From Leptospira sp. (GTDB taxonomy: Bacteria > Spirochaetota > Leptospiria > Leptospirales > Leptospiraceae): 64,000 bases of DNA. Under the pieces are notes generated by a model that saw only the letters and a program-made list of their open reading frames with translations, made no database searches and was not told where the DNA came from. How positions within the stretch are numbered: position 1 is the first letter of the stretch; each line of letters begins with the position of its first letter. Made by a program: the position numbers and the translations under genes. The stretch spans positions 176,705 to 240,704 of the forward strand of contig JAWXAQ010000015.1 in assembly GCA_034439575.1 (NCBI GenBank). Reading direction: 5' to 3'. Shown here piece after piece: positions 28,209 through 37,297 of this stretch.

Positions 28209-29963
28209 ATGAACCAAAGAATCGCCAAAAGATTTGAAGACCCTGACCAAATGGTAAAAGAAATGTTACCACTTGGTGCTTCAATCCATTTGGCGGCGAC
28301 TATGTCTAGACCCAATGCATTGATATACGCTTTGACTAGACAATTCTTTGATAAAAAGCCAGACTTCACGATCAGTGTGGCAGGTCTTCATTCCAGTGCT
28401 CATGCTCTTACTATGGCAGGTGTGATCAAAAAAGCCATCATAGGATTTGCGGGCGACAATTACCCACGTCCGCAACCAAATGCTCTTTATTCAAATATCT
28501 TAAAGGGAGAACCTTTCGAAGTAGAACTTTGGTCTCTCCTAACATTGATTCAACGATTGCAAGCAGGGGCAATGCGTTTACCCGGATTTGTTACTAATTC
28601 ACTATTGAAAACCGACATGATTACAGACAAATTAAATAAAACTGTGCATGTTTATCCTTCACCGGATTCAACGGAGAAGGATCCAAAAAATTTTGCAGTC
28701 GTACAACCACTTAACCCAGATTTTACTTTAATCCACGCAGTTCTTGGCGATGAAGATGGAAATTTACTCCTTACAAATCCTTCAGGTGAAGGAATTTGGG
28801 GAGCCATGGCCGCTACTAAAGGTGTGATAGCAACTTGTGAAAGAATTGTCCCAAGAGGTTCAATACCAGCAGAACTTATATCTATTCCTGGGACCAGAGT
28901 GATATCTATCGCCGAAGCTAAGTTTGGTGCACATCCTCAATCATTGCGCATATTTCCACTCCCTCATCTTGAGATTTATAATGAATTGTCAACTTATATG
29001 GATGACTACGAGTTTCAAATTGATGCAAACCATGCGGCGGCTGGAGATGAAAAACTAAAGAAACGTTGGATGGATGAATGGGTTTATGGACCGAAGAGCC
29101 ATGAAGATTACCTTCGTTATGTGGGCAGCCAACGCCTCAGAAAATTAACAAAACTTCCAGACCCTCAACCCATGTTACCGCCCCAAGATGCAGAATCAGT
29201 CAATGATTCCGAACAAATGATCATTCTTGCCGCGAGAGCCATTATGGAACATGTGAAACGGCGAGGATATACGACACTCCTAGCTGGAATCGGAGCCGCA
29301 CATATCGCTTGTTGGACGGCCGCTCGCCTTCTTGCCAAAGAAGGAATTCCGGTTCACGTCATGACAGAACTCGGTTTTTATTCCATGACACCTTCTGTGG
29401 GAGATGTATTTCTCTTTAGCCAACTTCATGCCAATGGATCACAAGGTCTTTCGGACATCACACAGATTTTAGGTATGCTCGTTCCCGATAAGTGTTTGGG
29501 AGTGATGGGTGCAGCAGAAATAGATTGGTTTGGAAACGTGAACTCTATTGCCACAGCAAAGGGAAAATTTATCGTAGGTTCGGGCGGTGCCAATGATATT
29601 GCCTCAACAGCAGATTGTATTATTGTAGCAAAAGCGATACGTCAAAGGTATGTAAGAAAGGTCAATTTTATTACCACAAATGGGGATAGAGTCAAAGAAG
29701 CGGTTTGCCAATTCGGTCGATTCAGAAGGGATAAAATGGAACATCTTTTTGAATTCACTAATTGGATAGCCCCTCCCTCAGATCCCGAAATGGAAGTGGA
29801 AGAAGCAGTTTTAAAATTCACAAGTTGGTTTCCTCCAGATGAAATTCCTCCCAAGGATGAGCCAAAGCCCACTTCTGAGGAATTGACAATTCTTAGATCA
29901 CTTGATCCAGATCGAATTTATATAGAGCAGTTTATGGTTTACAGAAGCCTTCCAGGAGATTGA
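28209..29963 (+). CDS. Fused alpha+beta family I CoA-transferase-fold protein (GctAB/IpdAB/AibAB-like)
   Basis: PDFTLIHA..D.DGN, AKFGAHP, AGIG, TELG (catalytic Glu position), AAEIDWFGNVN, GSGGANDIAS. Confidence 0.82.
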   Translation: MNQRIAKRFEDPDQMVKEMLPLGASIHLAATMSRPNALIYALTRQFFDKKPDFTISVAGLHSSAHALTMAGVIKKAIIGFAGDNYPRPQPNALYSNILKGEPFEVELWSLLTLIQRLQAGAMRLPGFVTNSLLKTDMITDKLNKTVHVYPSPDSTEKDPKNFAVVQPLNPDFTLIHAVLGDEDGNLLLTNPSGEGIWGAMAATKGVIATCERIVPRGSIPAELISIPGTRVISIAEAKFGAHPQSLRIFPLPHLEIYNELSTYMDDYEFQIDANHAAAGDEKLKKRWMDEWVYGPKSHEDYLRYVGSQRLRKLTKLPDPQPMLPPQDAESVNDSEQMIILAARAIMEHVKRRGYTTLLAGIGAAHIACWTAARLLAKEGIPVHVMTELGFYSMTPSVGDVFLFSQLHANGSQGLSDITQILGMLVPDKCLGVMGAAEIDWFGNVNSIATAKGKFIVGSGGANDIASTADCIIVAKAIRQRYVRKVNFITTNGDRVKEAVCQFGRFRRDKMEHLFEFTNWIAPPSDPEMEVEEAVLKFTSWFPPDEIPPKDEPKPTSEELTILRSLDPDRIYIEQFMVYRSLPGD

Positions 29964-29964
29964 T

Positions 29965-30948
29965 ATGAATAGCATGGGTGCAGGACAGTTAAAATATTTA
30001 GGTGTTGAATTCCGCGGAGTTGGACACTACCTCCCCGAGCGAATCGTGTATAACGATGAAATCCGTTCTCGATTGAAATACCCAGAAATGCACCCAGCAG
30101 AAAAAGCTGTGATCGGAAATATTGGTGTCACGGAACGTCACCGTGTAAATGAAACAGAGACGGTTCCCTTTATGGCAATGAAGGCCGCACAAGACGCATT
30201 AGCTGATGCTAAGATGAAACCGGAAGATATTGATTTATTTATTTTGGCCAATTGGACAGACAGATACTACCTTCCCGATCTCGCACCTCAAGCCTCAAAA
30301 CTAACAGGGACAAAAAATGCACTCGCCTTTGATATTTCAACAGCTTGCACTGGTTTTGTGCATGGCGTTCAAATGGCGGCATGTTATTTACAATCTGGTC
30401 GATGGAAAAACGCCCTTGTCATCGGTTCTGAACGATTTAGTGTCAGAACAAGAATGGGTGGATATGGTGAATTTACTGCGGGTGATGCGGCGGCTGGTGT
30501 TGTATTATCGCATACAGGTAGTCAGACGACAGGTCTTATTGATTCATTTTTAGTAGATGAGGCAGACTTAGCCGATATTATCGTGACAGGTCCACCACCA
30601 CAAAGTTATGTGAAAAGTTATCCTGAACTTGTGACAAATGCAGCAGACCTCACATTGAAAGCATTTGATATGCTTATGGAAAAACATGGCTTAAAAGAAA
30701 CCGATGTGGATTGGGTAGTTCCTCATCCAGGTACAGATATTGTTGTTCAAGATGTACTAAATCGGATTAAATTCCCGCGCGAAAAAGTATTGGGAAATTT
30801 TGACAGAGTGGGAAACGCATCGGCGGCTTCAATCCCTATCGTTATATCGGAATATTATAAAAAAGGAATAATCAAGAAAGGTCAGCTGTTGTTAACACCT
30901 GCTGTCGGTGGAGGCTTCTATTGGGGTGGCCTTCTTTTCCGTTTCTAG
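29965..30948 (+). CDS. 3-oxoacyl synthase III, FabH-like
   Basis: STACTGF (Cys), PHPG (His), GNASAASIP (Asn), GGGFYWG. Confidence 0.9.
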   Translation: MNSMGAGQLKYLGVEFRGVGHYLPERIVYNDEIRSRLKYPEMHPAEKAVIGNIGVTERHRVNETETVPFMAMKAAQDALADAKMKPEDIDLFILANWTDRYYLPDLAPQASKLTGTKNALAFDISTACTGFVHGVQMAACYLQSGRWKNALVIGSERFSVRTRMGGYGEFTAGDAAAGVVLSHTGSQTTGLIDSFLVDEADLADIIVTGPPPQSYVKSYPELVTNAADLTLKAFDMLMEKHGLKETDVDWVVPHPGTDIVVQDVLNRIKFPREKVLGNFDRVGNASAASIPIVISEYYKKGIIKKGQLLLTPAVGGGFYWGGLLFRF

Positions 30949-30968
30949 TTTAAAAAGAGAGTTAAAGT

Positions 30969-33900
30969 ATGATTTCATTTTCTGGCTACCATATCCGTAA
31001 GCGGATGAATGCTGAAGGTTCACCTTCCCAAGTTTATTTAGGCGTATCAAATGATGACGGTAAAGAAGTCGTCATTAAATTTATCTCTATCTCTGATCCT
31101 TTACATGCAGCAATTGTTAACTTAAGAAATGAGTTTGAGATCCTCACTTATTTACATGGCCATGGTTTAGGGATTAAACCTTTTGAATTCAGAAGATTAC
31201 CTGATGGGCATGCGCTTGTCATGGATTATTTAAAAGGTTTGTTCCTTCCTGATATCGTTGCAAATAAAGATGACCACCAAATGCCACTCGGCATGTTTTA
31301 TGATGTCGCCATTAGTTTAGCCGAAGACCTCGCAGAATTGCATCGCCACAAAGTGATGCATAAAGATATCAAGCCAGATAATATTATTTATTTTCCAGAA
31401 ACTAACAAAGCAAAGTTGATAGACTTTGGTATTTCAACTAGACTTTCCAAAGAAGAAAGTGGTTTTTATGCACCTAACCAATTAGAAGGTTCAGTCCAAT
31501 ACATTTCTCCAGAACAAACGGGAAGGATGAACAGGTCAGTCGACTATAGGACGGATTTTTATTCCTTGGGTATTTTATTTTTTGAATTAGCCGCAGGTCA
31601 ATTGCCTTTCAAAGGCTCTGATTTAATGGAAATCATTCACTCTCATATTGCGAAGCCGCCAAAAAATCCAACGGACATAAACTCAAAAATACCTGCTTCC
31701 CTCAATGCTATCATCTTAAAGTTATTAGAAAAAAATGCAGAAAATCGTTATCAAACTTCTTATGGATTAAAATTCGATTTAGAAAAATCCCAAAAACTTT
31801 TCAAAGATGGCAAACTAGACGAATCATTCCCGTTAGGTGCTAGAGACTTCTCAGAAGAATTTCGTATACCTCAAAAACTTTATGGTCGTGAAGAAGAACT
31901 CAAACAGCTACTTTCTTCCTTTAATAAAGTTGGACTTGAAGGTACAACTGAAGTTGTATTGATTGGTGGCTATTCTGGTGTTGGTAAATCATCACTCGTC
32001 AAAGAAGTTCAAAAACCGATCACTGCTCTTCGTGGTTATTTTTTAACCGGCAAATACGACCAGTATAATCGTAGCGAACCATTTAGTGCCATCTTACAGG
32101 TATTATCCTCACTTGTTCGGATGATCTTAACTGAACCTCCCGAATCAATTGCAAGATGGAAAGAAAGAATTCTTTCGGCATTAGGTAGCAATGGTAAGGT
32201 GATAACTGACATTTTACCTGATTTGATTCATATTGTTGGAGAACAAAAAAGCGTAGCCGAAATGGGAGCTAGTGAAAACGCAAACCGTTTTTACGCTGTG
32301 TTTTTAGAATTCATTCGAGTGTTTGCTGATCGTGAACATCCACTCGCCATCTTTTTGGATGATATGCAGTGGGCGGATTCTGCATCCTTACAACTTCTCC
32401 GAACACTTTTAGATGATAGATCAACTGGTTCACTATTTATCATGTTAGCATACAGAGATAATGAAACAGATGCGAATCATCCATTTACTTTACTTATTGA
32501 AGATATCAAAAAAGAAAGTGGATCTCTACCTTCTATCATACTTAAACCACTTTCAAATGCGAATGTTGCCGAATTATTAAGTGACTCACTATATACCCCA
32601 AAGGCCAATGTACAGCCATTAGCTGATCTTCTCGCTTCAAAAACAGGCGGAAATCCATTTTTCATTACTGAACTACTCAAACAATTAATCCGAAAAGATT
32701 TGATACGTTTCGATGGCTCTGCGGGTTCAGAAGGCCAAGGTGCTTGGATTTGGGATCTCGCCAAGATCAAAGAAGCTGCCATCTCAGACAATGTCGTCGA
32801 GTTGTTATTACAAAGGATGCGTTCTCTTCCCAAAGAAAGCCAAGATTTGCTCCGAACAGCATCAAGTATCGGTAACCAATTTGACCTCTATACACTAGCT
32901 CAAATCACTCATTACAGTTATAGCGAAATAGTAAAGTTAGTTGGTGATACAGTCAGAGAAGAACTTTTCATTCCGCTTGGCGATGATTATCGCAAAATTG
33001 ATTCACTCGGAAATGAAGATAATGATGAAAATAAAAATACTGCCATTTCCATCCGTCTCAGGTTCCAACATGACCGTGTTCAACAAGCTGGTTATGAATT
33101 GTTATCTGCGGATGAAAGACCAAAACTCCATCTTGCGATCGCCAAAGTATTATTAGCCTCCACTTCCAAAGAACAACTCGAAGAGAAAATTTTTGATATA
33201 GTTGGACATTGCAATAAAAGTGTCAAAGCGACAACCAACAAGGATGATTATCGTCAATTTTTAGACTTGAATTTGACTGCCGCCAAACGTGCCAGAAGTG
33301 CGGCCGCTTATTCTCCATGTCTAGATTATCTCAAAACAGCTGAACTTCTTTTGAATCTTATTTATCCCGACGATAATAAAGTTTGGAGCGCAGAATATGA
33401 ACTTGCGTATGATTTGTATCGAGGATTAGCGGAAGCTGAATACCTAAATGGAAATTTTGAAGCCTCAGAGAAACTCATTTCAAATATTCTCAAACATGTT
33501 AAAACTCCATTAGAGAAAGCAGAAACATATAAAATCTTAATTATCCAATATTCACTAAAAGCAGCTTACAAAGAATCAGTGGATGCTGGACTAGATGCAC
33601 TTAGCCTACTTGGGATCAATATTTCCAAAGAAAATGTGGATGAAGCGATTGGCAAAGAAGTAGCCAGAATCAAAGAACTTTCTGAAGGTAAAATCACTGA
33701 ATCACTGATTGATGCACCTTTGATGGAAAATACGGAGATGAAGGTTGCTGTGACTCTCCTAACAGACCTTATGAGTCCATGTTGGAATTCCTATCCAAAC
33801 ATGTTTCCATTGTTAGTTTTTCGAACTGTAAATCTTTATTTGGAACATGGTTTAAATCCAGTTTCATATGGTTATTCTTGTTATGGTATCATTCTTGGAA

Positions 33901-36323
33901 GTGGATTTGGCCAATTCAAAGATGGTGATGATTATGGAACTCTTGCCTTCCGTATCGCAGAAAAATTTCAATCCAAGTCTGACTTGACAAAAGCGGCTAA
34001 CGTTCTTGGTAATTTTACAAGTCCTTGGGTTCGTCACGTTAAACATTCGGAAGAAATAAATAGACAAGGTCTAGAAGCATCATTAGAATCCGGGGAATTC
34101 CAACACGGGTCTCTTGGGGCAATGAACACACCTGTTTGTTTATTTTTCCAAGGAAAACAACTTTCCGAATTCACAAATGATATCAATAGACTTTTATCCT
34201 TCGGCAAAAAAGTAAAGAGTATCCTAGCAACCGACACGGTAATGGCGTTTGACCTGATCGTAAATAACTTACGTGGTCTCACCCCTGCCGCATTAGAATT
34301 TAGAAATGCTACAATCACAGAAGAAGAGTATTTAAAAACTTGTGAAGAACACAAAGGTTTGTATTCCATCACACTTTATAATATTCTAAAAGCCCAAGCT
34401 TTATATATTTATGAAGAACCAGAAGAGGCGCTTAGGTTATTAGAGGAAGCAAACAAAAATATCGTTTTCCTATTTGGCCTCGTAAGCAATGCAGAGTTGA
34501 ACTTTTTTATATCTTTATGTTTGTCTAGTTTGTACAAAATCAAATCAACAAGCGAAAGAAAAGAGATCATCGTCCGCATCAAAGCAAATCAAAAACAGAT
34601 GAAAATCTGGGCTCAAAATTCTCCTGAAAACTTCTATCACAAATTTCTTCTCATAGAAGCAGAACTTGCTAGATTAGAATACAAAAACTGGAAAGCTGCA
34701 AAGTTATATGACCAAGCAGTAACTGAAGCTCGCGCAGGTGAATTCGTCCAAATGGAAGCGATCATTTCCGAAGTTTCTGCTAGGTTTTGGTTATCAAAAA
34801 AGAATGATCGTAATGTAGCCGAATACTATACCGACGCATACAAGTTATACGAACAATGGGGTGCCACACGCAAGTGTACTGAATTAAAAGAACGATATCC
34901 TGATTATATCATTGAAAATCGCCAATTCACTGGCTCCAAAAATTTTGCACTTACCATTTCTGCAACGACCACAGATATTTATTCTGGTCAATCTCTTGAC
35001 TTACAATCAGTAGTTAAAAGCTCTGTAGCCATTTCTGGAGAAATTCAATTCGAAAGTTTGATTACAAAATTGATGTCCATCATGATGGAAAATGCGGGCG
35101 CCGAAAAAGGTGTACTGCTTTTACGCGACGGCGAAGGGTTGTTTGTCGAAGCTGAACATTCCGTAGGAAAAGGCGAGATGCGAACTTTGATGCACGAACC
35201 GTTAGAAACATTTATGAATGTTCCACGTTCGGTGATCTATTTTACCGAACGAACTCGTGAGATTTTGGTATTAAACTGTGCGACCAAAGACACTCGATTT
35301 GCCATTGATAAGTATGTCCAAGAAAACCAAATTAAATCTGTATTTTGCGTTCCGATTTTAAAGCAAGGTGCCTTGTCGGGTATCCTCTATTTAGAAAACA
35401 ATTTATCGGAAGGAGCCTTTACACCAGAAAGGCTTCAAACCATTGGCTTACTCAGTTCACAAGCGGCGATCTCCCTCGACAATGCCCTACTCTACCAAAG
35501 TTTGGAAGAAAAAGTTCGTGATCGTACACAAGAGTTAGCTCATGCTAACGATGAATTGGCGGAGAAAAACAAACATATCACAGAATCGATCACTTATTCA
35601 CTTAACATTCAACAAGCGATGTTACCTGCTATGGATGCGCTCAAACAATCATTTAACGATTACTTTGTGTTGTATATGCCAAAGGATATTGTTTCTGGAG
35701 ACTTCTTTTGGCATGCCAAAAAAGATGATTGTGTGTTACTCGCTGTTGCCGATTGTACTGGTCACGGAGTTCCAGGCGCACTGATGTCGATGATTGGTAT
35801 CAATTCACTTAATGCTATTGTGAATGAAAAAGGTATCACAGATCCTGCAAAAATTTTAGAAGAATTAAATATTCGTGTTCGCACTGTTTTGCGACAGGCT
35901 GAAAATGATGCTAACTCAATGGATGGTATGGATATTTGCCTAATTCGTTATACGGGAAACTCACTTCAATTTGCTGGTGCGAAACGTCCACTTTACATCT
36001 ATGGGCCAGAAGGTTATAGAGAGTATAAGGGTGATAAGTCTTCCATTGGGGGAAGACAAAAAGAAGAATTGAGAACCTATACAACTCATGAGATATCGTA
36101 TACACCTGGTAAAACGGTTGCATATCTATCCACTGACGGATATACTGATCAATCAAATACGGAACGAGTTCGAGTATCGACAAAGAATTTTTTGAAAATT
36201 GCGGAAGAGAATCTTTCAAAGTCAGGCGAAGCCCAAAAGGATGCCTTTTTGTCCTTTTTACGAAGTCACATGGGAACAGAACAACAAAGAGACGATATCA
36301 CGATCGCAGGTATCGTGATTTAA
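30969..36323 (+). CDS. Multidomain Ser/Thr kinase, AAA/STAND-like ATPase, helical repeats, GAF and SpoIIE/PP2C phosphatase (HstK-like architecture, SiaA position)
   Basis: HKDIKPDN, DFG, SPEQ; GYSGVGKS and LDDMQWAD; GAF (CVPI..GILYLEN); VSGDF, ADCTGHGVPGA, TDG, RDDIT. Confidence 0.92.
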   Translation: MISFSGYHIRKRMNAEGSPSQVYLGVSNDDGKEVVIKFISISDPLHAAIVNLRNEFEILTYLHGHGLGIKPFEFRRLPDGHALVMDYLKGLFLPDIVANKDDHQMPLGMFYDVAISLAEDLAELHRHKVMHKDIKPDNIIYFPETNKAKLIDFGISTRLSKEESGFYAPNQLEGSVQYISPEQTGRMNRSVDYRTDFYSLGILFFELAAGQLPFKGSDLMEIIHSHIAKPPKNPTDINSKIPASLNAIILKLLEKNAENRYQTSYGLKFDLEKSQKLFKDGKLDESFPLGARDFSEEFRIPQKLYGREEELKQLLSSFNKVGLEGTTEVVLIGGYSGVGKSSLVKEVQKPITALRGYFLTGKYDQYNRSEPFSAILQVLSSLVRMILTEPPESIARWKERILSALGSNGKVITDILPDLIHIVGEQKSVAEMGASENANRFYAVFLEFIRVFADREHPLAIFLDDMQWADSASLQLLRTLLDDRSTGSLFIMLAYRDNETDANHPFTLLIEDIKKESGSLPSIILKPLSNANVAELLSDSLYTPKANVQPLADLLASKTGGNPFFITELLKQLIRKDLIRFDGSAGSEGQGAWIWDLAKIKEAAISDNVVELLLQRMRSLPKESQDLLRTASSIGNQFDLYTLAQITHYSYSEIVKLVGDTVREELFIPLGDDYRKIDSLGNEDNDENKNTAISIRLRFQHDRVQQAGYELLSADERPKLHLAIAKVLLASTSKEQLEEKIFDIVGHCNKSVKATTNKDDYRQFLDLNLTAAKRARSAAAYSPCLDYLKTAELLLNLIYPDDNKVWSAEYELAYDLYRGLAEAEYLNGNFEASEKLISNILKHVKTPLEKAETYKILIIQYSLKAAYKESVDAGLDALSLLGINISKENVDEAIGKEVARIKELSEGKITESLIDAPLMENTEMKVAVTLLTDLMSPCWNSYPNMFPLLVFRTVNLYLEHGLNPVSYGYSCYGIILGSGFGQFKDGDDYGTLAFRIAEKFQSKSDLTKAANVLGNFTSPWVRHVKHSEEINRQGLEASLESGEFQHGSLGAMNTPVCLFFQGKQLSEFTNDINRLLSFGKKVKSILATDTVMAFDLIVNNLRGLTPAALEFRNATITEEEYLKTCEEHKGLYSITLYNILKAQALYIYEEPEEALRLLEEANKNIVFLFGLVSNAELNFFISLCLSSLYKIKSTSERKEIIVRIKANQKQMKIWAQNSPENFYHKFLLIEAELARLEYKNWKAAKLYDQAVTEARAGEFVQMEAIISEVSARFWLSKKNDRNVAEYYTDAYKLYEQWGATRKCTELKERYPDYIIENRQFTGSKNFALTISATTTDIYSGQSLDLQSVVKSSVAISGEIQFESLITKLMSIMMENAGAEKGVLLLRDGEGLFVEAEHSVGKGEMRTLMHEPLETFMNVPRSVIYFTERTREILVLNCATKDTRFAIDKYVQENQIKSVFCVPILKQGALSGILYLENNLSEGAFTPERLQTIGLLSSQAAISLDNALLYQSLEEKVRDRTQELAHANDELAEKNKHITESITYSLNIQQAMLPAMDALKQSFNDYFVLYMPKDIVSGDFFWHAKKDDCVLLAVADCTGHGVPGALMSMIGINSLNAIVNEKGITDPAKILEELNIRVRTVLRQAENDANSMDGMDICLIRYTGNSLQFAGAKRPLYIYGPEGYREYKGDKSSIGGRQKEELRTYTTHEISYTPGKTVAYLSTDGYTDQSNTERVRVSTKNFLKIAEENLSKSGEAQKDAFLSFLRSHMGTEQQRDDITIAGIVI

Positions 36324-36367
36324 CAAAGATGATAGTATGATATTAGAGGAGAAATGTTAAAAATTAT

Positions 36368-36919
36368 ATGCAAAAAATGGATATCTTAACCTACGAACAG
36401 TACAAAACCATGTCGGATCACCGACTCCTGATTCACTTTAAGGGTGCTCTATACCAAGACATCCTTACAGAATTAGGCAGTATTATACAGACCTCGATGA
36501 AGGGTGAAACTAAAATTAAGAAGATTTTTGCCGTTTTTGTCGAACTTGCTCAGAATATTCTTCATTATTCTCTTGAAAGGATAGCGAATCCTGACGAATC
36601 TACATCTGGAGTCGGTATGATTGTGGTGACGGAAAGACCAGAAGGATATTATGTCAGTTCTGGAAATTATATTTCGTCAGATAAAATCACGGGAATTGAG
36701 GAAAAGATCAAATTTATAAATGAGCTCTCTCCCGAGGAAAAAAAATCATACTACACAAAACAATTGCGCTCCGATCGACCAGACGATAGTAAAGGTGCTG
36801 GAGTTGGGCTTATCGACATTGCTCGAAAGTCTGATGCACCGCTTGAGTATTCGATCGAAAATGTTCCAGAAGGGAAATCCTTCTTTACATTAACCGCATT
36901 TTTCAAGAAGGAAGATTAA
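36368..36919 (+). CDS. siaB: SiaB family protein kinase
   Basis: FVELAQNILHYS N-box, SGN, GAGVGLIDIARKS; followed by a SiaC homolog. Confidence 0.87.
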   Translation: MQKMDILTYEQYKTMSDHRLLIHFKGALYQDILTELGSIIQTSMKGETKIKKIFAVFVELAQNILHYSLERIANPDESTSGVGMIVVTERPEGYYVSSGNYISSDKITGIEEKIKFINELSPEEKKSYYTKQLRSDRPDDSKGAGVGLIDIARKSDAPLEYSIENVPEGKSFFTLTAFFKKED

Positions 36920-36922
36920 TCA

Positions 36923-37297
36923 ATGGAAACGATTCGCATCGCAAGTACAAAAAATTCACCCGAAGTCACTCTCGATTTTGAGAATGGAATCGCTGAAGTC
37001 GCAGGAGAATCTTATCCTGAAAATGCCGTCAGTTTTTTTAAACCCGTTTTCGAATGGCTTAATCATACTATTTCGCAAAAGAAGCCCTTTAAGTTTTTAT
37101 TTAAATTAGATTATTTTAATACTTCATCTTCTAAATGCATTATCGATATTCTGGATCTACTTCAAATTTATCATACTAACGGTGGTAAGATTAACGTCGA
37201 GTGGTACTATCGCCAAGACGACGAAGATATGAAAGATACTGGTGAAGAATTTTTAGAAGATGTAGATTTACCTCACGAACTGATTGCTTACAAATGA
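36923..37297 (+). CDS. siaC: SiaC (DUF1987) STAS-like phospho-switch protein
   Basis: TKNSPEV, GESYPEN..FFKP, YFNTSSSK (phospho-Thr), WYY...DEDM...GEEF. Confidence 0.9.
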   Translation: METIRIASTKNSPEVTLDFENGIAEVAGESYPENAVSFFKPVFEWLNHTISQKKPFKFLFKLDYFNTSSSKCIIDILDLLQIYHTNGGKINVEWYYRQDDEDMKDTGEEFLEDVDLPHELIAYK

